This document shows positions 18,393 through 28,179 of a DNA stretch of 64,000 nucleotides, one piece after another (position 1 is the stretch's first letter; each line of letters starts with the position of its first letter). The DNA comes from Clostridia bacterium (GTDB taxonomy: Bacteria > Bacillota > Clostridia > TANB77 > UBA1234), in contig JAFWYG010000001.1 in the NCBI GenBank assembly GCA_017522765.1, positions 411,291 through 475,290 of the forward strand, written 5' to 3'. Below the pieces are notes generated by a model. That model searched no databases and was not told the origin of the DNA. It worked only from the letters and a program-made list of their open reading frames with translations. The position numbers and the translations under genes are program-made.

Positions 18393-19751
18393 ATGAAACT
18401 TAAAGAATTATTAGAAATGTCAAAGGGTACATTAATTGGAAATGCTGATTTAGATATAGAGATAAAAAACTTTTCAATAGATAGTAGAAATGTGGGAGCG
18501 GCTTGCATATTTGTTCCACTGAAAGGTGAAAAAGCAGATGGTCATATTTATATAGATAGTGCTTTTTTAAATGGAGCTATTGGGTCTTTTATTTCTATTG
18601 ATATGGAACCTATTGAAGGGAAAATTTTAATAAAAGTGGATGATGTGTTAACTGCATTACAAGAAACATCTAAAAATCTTAGAACAAAACTTATAGATAT
18701 ACCAGTTGTTGCTTTAACAGGAAGTGTTGGAAAGACAACAACTAAAGACATGATACATGCTGTGTTATCTAAAAAATACAATACATTAAAAACACAAGGT
18801 AATTTTAACAATGGGATTGGTTTGCCATTAACACTTCTCTCATATAAAGATGAAGAGATGATGGTACTAGAAATGGGAATGAATAGTTTTGGCGAAATTT
18901 CTTTGTTGTCTAATATTGCAAGACCAAATTTAAGTGTGATTACTAATATAGGCCATTCGCATATCGGAAATTTAGGTAGTAGAGAAGGAATATTAAAAGC
19001 AAAATTAGAAATCTTAGAAGGAATGCAAGAAGGCGCACCAGTTATTTTTAACGGTGATGACGATATGCTTGCAACTGTTGAGGATATTGATCAAGAATGT
19101 GTAGAATTTAGTATAGAAAATGAAGCTGCTGATGTCTATGCATATGATATTGAAGTAGATGATTTTTCAACATCATTTTCTGTAAAAGAAGATGAAAAAG
19201 AATATAGAATAAAGATAAATTTATCTGGAACAAAATTTGTTTACAACGCTCTTGCTGCTTGGACAGTTGGAAAAATGTATGATGTTGAACCAGAAGATAG
19301 GGTAGCAGCTTTAGCTGAGTGTGAATATACAAAAATGAGAATGAATATTAAACAAACAGATAAATACACGATAATTAATGATTGCTACAATGCAAGCAGT
19401 GAATCTATGAGTGTTGCATTAGAAATGCTTGCAAGACAAAAAAATAGAAGAGTTGCTGTGCTAGGCGAAATTTGTGAACTTGGTGATTTTGCTGAAGAGA
19501 TTCACTTAGAAGTTGGTGGAAAAGTAGCATTAAGTAGAGTTGATGTTTTAGTCTTATCAGGTGAACATGCAGAAGCTATAAAAAATGGCGCGTTAAAGCA
19601 CAAAATGCCAGTTGAAAACATATATATTTTCAATGATGCAAATGATATTGTTCAAAATATATTTGGAATTGTAAAAGAGGGAGATGCCATTTTAGTAAAG
19701 GCATCTAGAGTTATGGAATATGAAAAAATTGTAAGTGCACTTGAAAAATAA
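18393..19751 (+). CDS. murF: UDP-N-acetylmuramoyl-tripeptide--D-alanyl-D-alanine ligase
   Basis: ALTGSVGKTTTKDM P-loop and Mur ligase architecture. SD GGAGG precedes ATG 18393. Confidence 0.88.
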   Translation: MKLKELLEMSKGTLIGNADLDIEIKNFSIDSRNVGAACIFVPLKGEKADGHIYIDSAFLNGAIGSFISIDMEPIEGKILIKVDDVLTALQETSKNLRTKLIDIPVVALTGSVGKTTTKDMIHAVLSKKYNTLKTQGNFNNGIGLPLTLLSYKDEEMMVLEMGMNSFGEISLLSNIARPNLSVITNIGHSHIGNLGSREGILKAKLEILEGMQEGAPVIFNGDDDMLATVEDIDQECVEFSIENEAADVYAYDIEVDDFSTSFSVKEDEKEYRIKINLSGTKFVYNALAAWTVGKMYDVEPEDRVAALAECEYTKMRMNIKQTDKYTIINDCYNASSESMSVALEMLARQKNRRVAVLGEICELGDFAEEIHLEVGGKVALSRVDVLVLSGEHAEAIKNGALKHKMPVENIYIFNDANDIVQNIFGIVKEGDAILVKASRVMEYEKIVSALEK

Positions 19752-19982
19752 TGCGGCAAAACTAGCTAGAAATAAGGATTCAGAAAAGTTTTGAAAAAAT
19801 ATTCAAATTAGTGTTGACTAAAAATGAACCGTGTGATAAAAATATACACAATTATTAAAAAACAATTTTCGATAAAACACGGAGCGTTAAGAAAATGAGA
19901 AATTTAGTTAAGACTAATGTAGAAAGAATCACAGAATATGTTATTTTAACTAAAGACGACTGCATAAGCAGCGCCATTATTT

Positions 19983-20027
19983 TGATGCGCGTTTAGACCA
20001 GGGAGATTCTCTCTGGTTTTTTTGTTG
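19983..20027 (+). terminator. intrinsic terminator following a 35-codon mini-ORF, upstream of the GC-rich HD gene
   Basis: GACCAGGGAGA/TCTCTCTGGT hairpin followed by T7. Confidence 0.5.
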
Positions 20028-20123
20028 TTAATAACCTGTCTTTTCAGGCTATTATAAATTTTGGAATCTCTGCCCATTCAACAAACAAGTTCACCACCAA
20101 AAAACTAGGAGGAGGTAAGTTCT

Positions 20124-20849
20124 ATGACAAAGTTAAGTGAAAAATACCAAGGATTGTTTTTAGACCAAAACCAAAGCCCTAGCCAGTTTTTGGAGAGACG
20201 GCTGGCTACGATTTACGGCATCAACTCCATGGCCATCCGTGCGTTGGATTTGATCCGTGAAGAGATGTGTGCTGCAAAGGGATTCAAGCGTGACAACGGT
20301 ACAGACTATTACAACCACTGCGTTGATGTGGCCAACACTTTGATTTCGTTTGGGATTACCGACGAAGATGTTATCTGTGCAGCTTTGCTTCACGATATCA
20401 TTGAAGATGTTGAAGGCTACAGACGCATCACAATTGAACGCATGTTTAACGAGAATATCGCTCGTCTGGTAATGCTTGTGACAAAGGAACATGGTGTTGA
20501 TTACAAGCAGCCGGAGGCAATCAATCGTTATATTGAGGGCATCTTGTCTGACATGAATGCAGCAGCTATCAAAACTGCTGATAGAATGCACAACATGATG
20601 ACTCTTGAAGAGAAGTCTTTCGAAGCTCGTTATAGAAAGGCGATGGAGACCAAGACTTACTATCTGCCGTTCTTTAAGCAGAGCAGATACATGTACCCTC
20701 GTTATGAGAATCTTTTCTATGCAGCAAGGGCGGAAATCGAACCTTTGATTTTCCACATCGAATCGTTTTACGAAGAAATCCTGAGGCTCAACAGCGAAAT
20801 CGAAACCCTTAGATCGGGTAAGAGTTCCGAAGAAAGCGGCGAATCTTAA
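20124..20849 (+). CDS. HD-domain (RelA/SpoT-type) hydrolase, putative small alarmone hydrolase; GC-rich
   Basis: HCVDVANTL...AALLHDIIEDV...TADRMHNM HD motifs. SD AGGAGGAGG. Confidence 0.65.
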   Translation: MTKLSEKYQGLFLDQNQSPSQFLERRLATIYGINSMAIRALDLIREEMCAAKGFKRDNGTDYYNHCVDVANTLISFGITDEDVICAALLHDIIEDVEGYRRITIERMFNENIARLVMLVTKEHGVDYKQPEAINRYIEGILSDMNAAAIKTADRMHNMMTLEEKSFEARYRKAMETKTYYLPFFKQSRYMYPRYENLFYAARAEIEPLIFHIESFYEEILRLNSEIETLRSGKSSEESGES

Positions 20850-20986
20850 TGGAACGTCGCTAGCAAAGTCAAACTTGCAACCAAATGATGATGGCACAAA
20901 TTAGCTAATTTTTATCACCTCGTGAAAATTAGAAGAAACTTCAAAGAAAGGAAGAAGAGGCAAGCATATTATGACAAAGTCTAAAT

Positions 20987-21030
20987 AAAAAGGCTCCAAC
21001 TTGTGAAAGTTGGAGCCTTGCTCTTTGTCT
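20987..21030. terminator. bidirectional intrinsic terminator
   Basis: AAAAAGGCTCCAACTT/AAGTTGGAGCCTT hairpin. Confidence 0.75.
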
Positions 21031-21068
21031 AGGCTAGAGCGGCCTCAGATTTGTTTTCTTGGGGTGCG

Positions 21069-21470
21069 TTACCAACGCAGTTCATAATATGACGATGCGG
21101 ACTCGGTGACGGATTGTGTATATTGCTTCACCTGGCTGTGACTTTTAACGGTCGGAGTAGTAGGCGCCAGAGAATATCCGTACTCGATTAGCCATGCTTT
21201 CACTTCATCGCGGAGGTCAATCGCGAATTTAAGTGTCGTGCTATATAAGGCACGATTTATGGCTTCGGCCATACGCTTCTTGCAGTAGATCTTTTGAAAT
21301 TCAACAAGCTCACTATCGGTCAGCGTGCTGACATCTTTTTGACGGTAAGCATTGTACTTTTCCCGCTCTGCGGCAAGAAGTTGCAGGCGCTTGAAGCTTC
21401 TACTACGCTCTTTCGCGCGATCACTCAGAATCCGAGCAATTTGGGAGTTAACCAACTTGACTTGAGACAT
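21069..21470 (-). CDS. hypothetical protein, GC-rich
   Basis: 133-aa ORF, basic and helical, no recognised motif. Confidence 0.4.
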   Translation of the reverse strand: MSQVKLVNSQIARILSDRAKERSRSFKRLQLLAAEREKYNAYRQKDVSTLTDSELVEFQKIYCKKRMAEAINRALYSTTLKFAIDLRDEVKAWLIEYGYSLAPTTPTVKSHSQVKQYTQSVTESASSYYELRW

Positions 21471-21645
21471 GATGAATCCCCTTTCTTATAGATTTTATAT
21501 GACCAACTAAAAGTATATCATATAAAATACAGATGTATCAAGGCTTTTATAGATATATGTTGTTTGAAAAATAGATGCGACAAGCTTTTTACGAAATGTA
21601 TGCTTGTAAATGCTTGTATACCAATGCTTTTTGAAGATTGATATT

Positions 21646-22608
21646 TTAACTAACAAACTCATAATCTAAAATTTTTATTTGATTAGAAATAAAATTTTCA
21701 TTATTATCTATGGCATCACTTAGTGTTGTAGAAAGATATTTTTTGTTATCATCTGCAAACACAGTAACAATAGGTTTTTGAACGTTTTCACTTTTTATAA
21801 TACTTGCAATTAAATTTGCACCCGAAGATATTCCAATGCCTATGCCTAATTGTAATGCTACTTTGCGGGCCATGTTTACAGCATCGTCATCATTTATAGT
21901 AATGACTTCATCAATTAAATTCTTGTCTACAATTTTAGGTATAAAGTCATCACCAATGCCTTCTATTTTATGATCACCCAGTATTTTTCCTTGGGAAAGA
22001 AGTGGCATTTTATCTGGTTCTAAAGCATATATTTTAATATTGGAATCAGATTCTTTTAATCTTTTTGCAATTCCAATTAAAGTTCCGCCAGTACCAATTC
22101 CTGAAACAAAACCACCAATATTATTTTGTAGTGAATCTAAAATTTCTTTGCCTGTTGTTTCATAATGGGCAAGGACGTTGTTTTCGTTTTCAAATTGATT
22201 TGTTAAGTATGAATTATTTGTTTTAGCGTATTCCTTAGCCATGCTTATAGCTTTTTGAAATCCGCCTTCTTCTTTTGATACAAGTGTTACTTTAGCGTTG
22301 TACATTTTCATAAGATTTAATCTTTCAACACTAACCCAATCTGGCATAAAAATGTGTACAGGATTACCAAAGTAAGAACCCATTGCGGCAAGTGCAATTC
22401 CGGTGTTTCCACTAGTTGCTTCAACAATTTCCATACCTTGTTTTAATTCGCCAGATTTATATGCTTCTTTTATCATGTAGTAGGCAACGCGATCTTTTAT
22501 GCTGCCTGTTAAATTATAAGATTCTAGTTTTGCATAAATGTAATTTTCTTTGTTGTTGTAGTTGTATTTTATTTTTATTAAAGGCGTATTTCCAACTTTT
22601 ATATTCAT
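21646..22608 (-). CDS. cysK: cysteine synthase (O-acetylserine sulfhydrylase)
   Basis: PLP lysine motif GSIKDR and glycine-rich loop GIGTGGT. SD GGAGGAAT. Confidence 0.9.
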   Translation of the reverse strand: MNIKVGNTPLIKIKYNYNNKENYIYAKLESYNLTGSIKDRVAYYMIKEAYKSGELKQGMEIVEATSGNTGIALAAMGSYFGNPVHIFMPDWVSVERLNLMKMYNAKVTLVSKEEGGFQKAISMAKEYAKTNNSYLTNQFENENNVLAHYETTGKEILDSLQNNIGGFVSGIGTGGTLIGIAKRLKESDSNIKIYALEPDKMPLLSQGKILGDHKIEGIGDDFIPKIVDKNLIDEVITINDDDAVNMARKVALQLGIGIGISSGANLIASIIKSENVQKPIVTVFADDNKKYLSTTLSDAIDNNENFISNQIKILDYEFVS

Positions 22609-22670
22609 ATTAATTCCTCCTGAAATTCAATCTTTATTATTGTATATTTATTCAGTGAGCCGAAAAACAG

Positions 22671-22706
22671 TTACAAAAAAAGAGCTATGCAGCCTGCATA
22701 ACTCTT
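22671..22706 (-). terminator. attenuator terminator in the cysK leader
   Basis: On the minus strand, AGAGUUAUGCAG-GC-UGCAUAGCUCU followed by U7. It lies about 65 nt upstream of the cysK start. Confidence 0.6.
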
Positions 22707-22786
22707 TTATATATAATAATCCACCAGTACTATTATATACATCGCTGCAGGCAGAAAAGACCTATGCCCACATGCGAGGCATAAGC

Positions 22787-22831
22787 TTATCTACAACAAC
22801 AACATACTGTATATAATACTGATTTTTTCAT
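22787..22831 (-). CDS. cysK leader peptide MKKSVLYTVCCCCR (candidate attenuation sensor)
   Basis: ATG AAA AAA TCA GTA TTA TAT ACA GTA TGT TGT TGT TGT AGA TAA on the minus strand. SD AAAGGA sits 8 nt upstream. Confidence 0.5.
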   Translation of the reverse strand: MKKSVLYTVCCCCR

Positions 22832-22947
22832 TAAATTCATCCTTTCTAGAAATGTTTATGATTACATAATAATTGCTTTAGCACTAGAAGTCAAGCAAAA
22901 TTCGTGGTATACTTACATCATCTAATAAGAGAATAGGAGAGAAGAAA

Positions 22948-23310
22948 ATGAAATTAACAATTAAATCTAAACAAGATTATGGTACTCATATAGATGAATT
23001 TAATGAAGAAATGGAATGTATAAAAACAGAACTTGAAAGTTCTACATTGCTAACATTTCAAGAGGGAAATATTGAAATTGAAGATGATAGGATTACATAT
23101 ATTCGTGGTGAAAATGTAATGGAAATTACTAGAGGCGAGATTACAGATTTTGAAATGATAACAAAAGATGGCTCTATTAACATGCAAATAGAGGGGTTGA
23201 TAGTGGAACGAATTAAACAAGATAAAGGGGTTTTGGCTAAAACAAAATATAAATTAATAATTAGTGAAGATTCTGCATATACAAATGAATTAGAACTATA
23301 TTATGAATAA
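22948..23310 (+). CDS. hypothetical small protein (possibly DUF1934-like beta-barrel)
   Basis: 120 aa, acidic. SD AGGAGAGAAG. A terminator hairpin ACGGAGAATA/TATTCTCCGT follows at 23321-23344. Confidence 0.35.
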   Translation: MKLTIKSKQDYGTHIDEFNEEMECIKTELESSTLLTFQEGNIEIEDDRITYIRGENVMEITRGEITDFEMITKDGSINMQIEGLIVERIKQDKGVLAKTKYKLIISEDSAYTNELELYYE

Positions 23311-23434
23311 ATTTTAACTGACGGAGAATAAGATATTCTCCGTTATTTTATACCCAAAAGCACAAAACTTGCATTTTGAGGCGTTTCATTATATAATGTG
23401 CAAAATTCTACACAACGAAATGGGGGATTTCAGA

Positions 23435-23701
23435 ATGAAAAAGCCGAAATGTATCATTAGCAAGCAAGACTACTCTGTGCTTACTGTGCTGTTCTGTGCG
23501 GTAGTTGGGTGTATTTTGTTGCTGTTGGTAGTCTGGACATCTGAGCAAGGCAGACTTTGGGAGCGGGTACTCTTTTCTTTGATTTTTGGTACCACCGCTT
23601 TGGGTGCAGGTTCGATGTTTGGTTGCTATATTACGTACCTTAAGCAATGCTTTAAGGAAGAGAATATGCAAAACCAAAATAGGCATGGTGATACGGAGTA
23701 G
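23435..23701 (+). CDS. small membrane protein (2 TM)
   Basis: MKKPKCIISKQDYSVLTVLFCAVVGCILLLLVVW... GC content is higher than the flanks. Confidence 0.4.
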   Translation: MKKPKCIISKQDYSVLTVLFCAVVGCILLLLVVWTSEQGRLWERVLFSLIFGTTALGAGSMFGCYITYLKQCFKEENMQNQNRHGDTE

Positions 23702-23898
23702 TTTCTGACAAATGAGGGAAATGTAATTACAAATTTGGAAAAGCGTTATTTAAGTGTTATCGGAAGAAGACATTTAGATAACGCTTTTTGAATTTGAGAA
23801 AGAAAAAATAGCGCCTTGTTTTATAAAGTGTAAAGCGATATAATTTTTAATGAGAATGTAGCGAAAGAGGGAGGAGTCGAATTTTCGACGATTAATAT

Positions 23899-25263
23899 AT
23901 GCTGAATAAAATTTTTAAATTGAAAGAAAATAATACAACTGTTTTTACAGAGTTTATAGCAGGCTTAACCACTTTTATGGCAATGTCGTATATAATTTTT
24001 ATAAATCCATCGATATTATCTCAAACAGGTATGGATTATAATTCTGTATATATGGCAACAATACTTGCATCAATTGTAGGTACATTGATTTTAGGGTTAT
24101 ATGCAAATGTTCCGTATGTGCAAAGTGCAGGTTTGGGAATAAACGCCTTATTTACTTATACTATTTGTGGAAGTTTAGGATTTACATGGCAACAAGCTTT
24201 AGCAATGGTGTTTATATGTGGATTAATAAGTTTTATTATTACACTTACGAGTGTTAGAAAGAAAATAATTAAAGCAATACCAACATTTATGCAAGAAGCA
24301 ATTACTGTTGGAATAGGTCTTTTTATAACATATATAGGACTTAAAAGTTCTGGAATAATAGAGTTTTCTGTTTCTAAGATTTCTGAATTTGGAATTGCAA
24401 ATGCAGCAGATGTTGTTCCTCAATTAGCACCATTTAGTACAGCACCAGTTATGCTTGCTGTAATAGGATTGATAATTACTGCCACTTTAGTAATAAAAAA
24501 AGTAAAAGGCGCATATTTACTTGGAATATTAATTACAACATTAATTGGTATTCCGATGGGAGTTACACCTTTACCTGATTTTTCAAACTATCAAGTGTTA
24601 CCTTCTATAGAACCAACATTTTTAAAGTTGGACTTTGAAGGTTTACTTACAGCCAAAACAGGATTTATTGTAGCTGCAATGACTATATTTACACTTTGCA
24701 TTTCAGATTTGTTTGACACAATTGGAACTTTTATAGGAACAGGGAAAAAATCTGGAATATTTAAAATTGATGAAAATGGAAATATGTCTAAAAATTTAGA
24801 ACGAGCAATGATATCAGATTCTTTGGCAACTACTGTAGGTGCTCTTTTAGGAACAAGTAATGTTACTACATATGTAGAAAGTAGTGCAGGAATTGAAGTT
24901 GGTGGAAGAACTGGACTTACAGCTGTTTTTGCAGCTTTGTGTTTTGCATTATCCTTGTTTTTATCACCACTTGTTGCGTGTGTACCGATGGCGGCGATTT
25001 CACCAGTTCTTATTTTGATTGGTGTTGCGATGATTGAAAATATAGGTGCAATTGATTGGAAGGACATTGTGATTGCGATACCAGCATTCTTTATAGTGAT
25101 TATGATGCCGTTATCATATTCAATAACAACAGGCATTCAATTTGGTTTTATATTTTATGCATTAGCCGGACTTGTTAATAAAAAAGGAAAAGAAATATCA
25201 CCGCTTATTTATATATTCTCGATATTATTTATAATTAGTTTTGTATATCAAGCGTTAGCATAG
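23899..25263 (+). CDS. NCS2-family nucleobase permease (AzgA/PbuG-like purine permease)
   Basis: N-terminal FKLKENNTTVFTEFIAGLTTFMAMSYI and multiple TM segments. 454 aa. Confidence 0.85.
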   Translation: MLNKIFKLKENNTTVFTEFIAGLTTFMAMSYIIFINPSILSQTGMDYNSVYMATILASIVGTLILGLYANVPYVQSAGLGINALFTYTICGSLGFTWQQALAMVFICGLISFIITLTSVRKKIIKAIPTFMQEAITVGIGLFITYIGLKSSGIIEFSVSKISEFGIANAADVVPQLAPFSTAPVMLAVIGLIITATLVIKKVKGAYLLGILITTLIGIPMGVTPLPDFSNYQVLPSIEPTFLKLDFEGLLTAKTGFIVAAMTIFTLCISDLFDTIGTFIGTGKKSGIFKIDENGNMSKNLERAMISDSLATTVGALLGTSNVTTYVESSAGIEVGGRTGLTAVFAALCFALSLFLSPLVACVPMAAISPVLILIGVAMIENIGAIDWKDIVIAIPAFFIVIMMPLSYSITTGIQFGFIFYALAGLVNKKGKEISPLIYIFSILFIISFVYQALA

Positions 25264-25272
25264 GAGGAGTTT

Positions 25273-26487
25273 ATGAAGAATAATAAAGGTATATCAATTT
25301 TAGCTTTAATAATAACTATAATTGTAATAATCATTATTACTTCTATAACAGTATATAATGGTATTGATTCTCTTGAGTCGGCGCGTCAAAAAAGCGCACA
25401 AGATACATTAAAAATAATTTGTAATTCATTAACTAAAGATGATTCGTTTTTAATGTTTGATGAAAGTGGAGATGCAGTTTTAAGTGAGCATGATTTTAAA
25501 TTTTTAGATTTAGAAAACTATTATGATGAAGAAGTTATATTTACAGTCAATAAAAAAGAAAAATTTGAAAATAATCAAAAATCAGTAACATATAAATTAA
25601 CATATAAAGAAATTCAAACGGAGAAAGAATATGAACATTCATATTCATATGATTTAAAAAATGAATTGACAAATTATAATGTTGTTTTTGATGCTGAGGC
25701 AGGGGTTAATATGCCGATTGTTTTAAGTGGAATGAAACCGCTTATGATGGATAAAGTAACACCTGTAGAAGATGTGTATTTAGATAATTGGTATTCATAT
25801 GAAAGAAAAACTGCTCAATTTGCAAGAGTTGAATATAATGGAAAAATTTATGTTTGGATACCTAGATTTGCATATAAAATACAAAACTTTTATCAAGATA
25901 AAACATATCCAGAAGTACCAAGCACAGCGATTGATATATTATTTATAAATGGTAATGCAAATTACATGACAAACGGAGAAAGAATACCGGTTGATTATAT
26001 AGTGCATCCTGCTTTTTCTGTCGGAACAAAAGAATTTGCTGGTTTATGGATTGAAGAAGAAGCATCACACCTGATTACAAATTTAAATAGTGCATCAATA
26101 ATTCAAACGGTAAAAGATACAGAAGGGAAAGTTAATTATAATTTACACATGATGACAAATATGGAAGCTGGTGCTGCAATATATTTAACATTTGCGTTTG
26201 AATGTCCTTATGAGATAGATTTAACTTCAAATGAATATGTTGCTGCTAATGTTGGAGGAGCAGGTCCATTCGATTCAGAATTTGTAACTTTATATGAAGC
26301 TAATGAAAAGGATAATATGCTACGTGGTGATGCTGTTAGAGAAACACCGTGGAAGAGAGTTTTAGGAGAATATCCAACAAGCAGTGAGTCATATATTATT
26401 AGAAGATTTGCTTCTAGTACATTTGATTTTATAAATACAAATGGCAATCAAGAAGCTACAAGTAGAAGTGTAATTGCAATAAATTAG
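25273..26487 (+). CDS. protein with prepilin-like N-terminal hydrophobic segment and a conserved unknown domain (paralog of 60744..63950)
   Basis: N-terminus MKNNKG|ISILALIITIIVIII. Shares the WIPRFAYKI, IVHPAF, GLWIEEEAS and HMMTNMEAGAAIYLTFAF blocks with the 1071-aa protein. SD AGGAGGAG. Confidence 0.5.
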   Translation: MKNNKGISILALIITIIVIIIITSITVYNGIDSLESARQKSAQDTLKIICNSLTKDDSFLMFDESGDAVLSEHDFKFLDLENYYDEEVIFTVNKKEKFENNQKSVTYKLTYKEIQTEKEYEHSYSYDLKNELTNYNVVFDAEAGVNMPIVLSGMKPLMMDKVTPVEDVYLDNWYSYERKTAQFARVEYNGKIYVWIPRFAYKIQNFYQDKTYPEVPSTAIDILFINGNANYMTNGERIPVDYIVHPAFSVGTKEFAGLWIEEEASHLITNLNSASIIQTVKDTEGKVNYNLHMMTNMEAGAAIYLTFAFECPYEIDLTSNEYVAANVGGAGPFDSEFVTLYEANEKDNMLRGDAVRETPWKRVLGEYPTSSESYIIRRFASSTFDFINTNGNQEATSRSVIAIN

Positions 26488-26508
26488 ATTTGAAAGAGAG
26501 ATGAGTGT

Positions 26509-27594
26509 ATGGAAATAACAAGACCTACATTTATGGAAATAAATTTAAATGATTTTGAACATAATGTTAAACAAATACAAAATAAAGTGGGCATAGGCGT
26601 AAAGCTTATGCCCGTTATAAAAGCAAATGGTTATGGCACATATATTAATCAACGTTTAGATGTTTTAAATATGTTTGATATTGTAGCTGTAGCGTGTGTA
26701 GACGAAGGCGTTTATTTAAGAAGCATAGGTTATGAAAAAGAAATTTTTGTACTTAATCAACCTTATGAATCTGAAATTGAAAAAATTATTGAAAATAAAA
26801 TCGTAGTTGGAATTAGTTCATATGGTTTTGCTGAAGCGTTAGCTAAAAATGGAGCAGATGTTTCTATTCATGTTGAAGTTGGAACTGGAATGGGAAGAAC
26901 GGGGATACATCCACATAAGATGAAGGAATATTTAGAAGCTTTAAGTTCGAACATAAAAGTTGAAGGTATTTATACACATTTATCTTCGCCAGACATAGAT
27001 GATGAATATACAAAGAAACAATTAAAATCGTTTAATATAGCTGTTGATACTGCAAAAGAAATTTTAGGAGAAATAAAATATATTCATGCAGGTGCTTCGA
27101 ATGCACTTTTAAATTATCCAGAATCACATTTTAACTTAGTTAGACCTGGACTTATTTTATATGGATATCCTTCAGAAGATAAAATTGAAAATAAGATTGA
27201 TTTGAGACCTATAGCAAAGTTAAAATCAAAAGTTACTTTTTTAAAGACGGTAGATGTTGGAACTAGTATAGGCTATAGCAGAAGTTTTGTTACTGATAAA
27301 GAAACAAAAGTTGCAACGATTCCGATAGGATACGCAGACGGATTTAGAAGAACTTTTTCGAATGGTTGGAAAGTTCTAATAAATGGAGTAAAGGTGCCTA
27401 TAATAGGTAAAGTGTGTATGGACAGTTTTATGGCAGATGTTTCGGAAATTGCTGATATTAAAGTTGGAGATGAAGTAATTATTTGGGATAACGAAAACAT
27501 CACATTAGAAGAACTTGCGGAAAAGTGTGATACGATAAACTACGAAATTTTGTGTACTATAGGAAATAGAGTTCCAAGAATGTTTATAAAATAA
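26509..27594 (+). CDS. alr: alanine racemase
   Basis: PVIKANGYG PLP-lysine motif and overall Alr length and pattern. Confidence 0.9.
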   Translation: MEITRPTFMEINLNDFEHNVKQIQNKVGIGVKLMPVIKANGYGTYINQRLDVLNMFDIVAVACVDEGVYLRSIGYEKEIFVLNQPYESEIEKIIENKIVVGISSYGFAEALAKNGADVSIHVEVGTGMGRTGIHPHKMKEYLEALSSNIKVEGIYTHLSSPDIDDEYTKKQLKSFNIAVDTAKEILGEIKYIHAGASNALLNYPESHFNLVRPGLILYGYPSEDKIENKIDLRPIAKLKSKVTFLKTVDVGTSIGYSRSFVTDKETKVATIPIGYADGFRRTFSNGWKVLINGVKVPIIGKVCMDSFMADVSEIADIKVGDEVIIWDNENITLEELAEKCDTINYEILCTIGNRVPRMFIK

Positions 27595-27606
27595 CGGGAG
27601 ACTAGC

Positions 27607-28179
27607 ATGGGAATAATAGAGATTGTTTTAATATCGATAGGACTTGCGATGGATGCTTTTGCGGTATCTATTTGCAAAGGTTTGGCGATGAAAAAGTTAG
27701 ACCTAAAAAAGACGCTAATTATTGGTTTGTATTTTGGAGTCTTTCAGGGATTGATGCCACTTATAGGTTATTTACTTGGAACAAATTTTGAAAGCTTTGT
27801 CACTAAGGTTGATCATTGGGTTGCTTTTATATTGCTTTCAATTATAGGTATAAATATGATAAAAGAAGCAATAAAAAGTAACGAAGAATGTGAATGTGAA
27901 TCGCACGATGATTCAGTAGCGTTTAAAACGATGGTGGTTTTAGCGATAGCAACGAGTATAGATGCTTTGGCAGTTGGAATTACATTGGCGTTTTTGAAAG
28001 CAAATTTATTAGCGGTTGTATTGTCAATTGGCTTAATAACGTTCGTGCTATCAATGACTGGTGTTTGGATAGGTAATAAATTTGGGTGTAAGTATGAGAA
28101 AAGAGCGCAAGTAACTGGTGGTTTAATTTTAGTAATTATGGGAATTAAGATTTTAATTGAACATCTTGGAGTGTTATAA
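27607..28179 (+). CDS. mntP: manganese efflux pump MntP
   Basis: LAMDAFAVS and DALAVG repeat halves typical of the MntP/DUF204 family. 13 nt after the alr stop. Confidence 0.85.
   Translation: MGIIEIVLISIGLAMDAFAVSICKGLAMKKLDLKKTLIIGLYFGVFQGLMPLIGYLLGTNFESFVTKVDHWVAFILLSIIGINMIKEAIKSNEECECESHDDSVAFKTMVVLAIATSIDALAVGITLAFLKANLLAVVLSIGLITFVLSMTGVWIGNKFGCKYEKRAQVTGGLILVIMGIKILIEHLGVL

Noticed and set aside
20160-20897. 245-aa minus-strand ORF
   Set aside because: Antisense to the GC-rich HD-domain gene, which has clear HD motifs and a strong SD. It is a compositional artefact.
20949-20990. Mini-ORF ATGACAAAGTCTAAATAA with an SD that repeats the first 10 nt of the HD gene start (ATGACAAAGT)
   Set aside because: Only a 10-nt identity. 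It could be a remnant of the insertion event that brought the GC-rich HD gene, but it is too short to distinguish from chance.
22609-22947. T-box or S-box riboswitch upstream of cysK
   Set aside because: I searched the minus-strand leader for the T-box GGGTGGTACCGCG core and the SAM-I consensus. Only ACTGGTGGATT, without the ACC(G)CG continuation, is present. The region is better explained by the Cys-codon leader-peptide attenuator.
23702-23898. Purine riboswitch upstream of the NCS2 purine permease
   Set aside because: I looked for the GUUUCUACC / CCGUAAAU / GACUAUG core elements and found none. Only a terminator-like hairpin for the upstream gene, a promoter-like TTGTTT...GATATAAT and a small hairpin next to the SD are visible.
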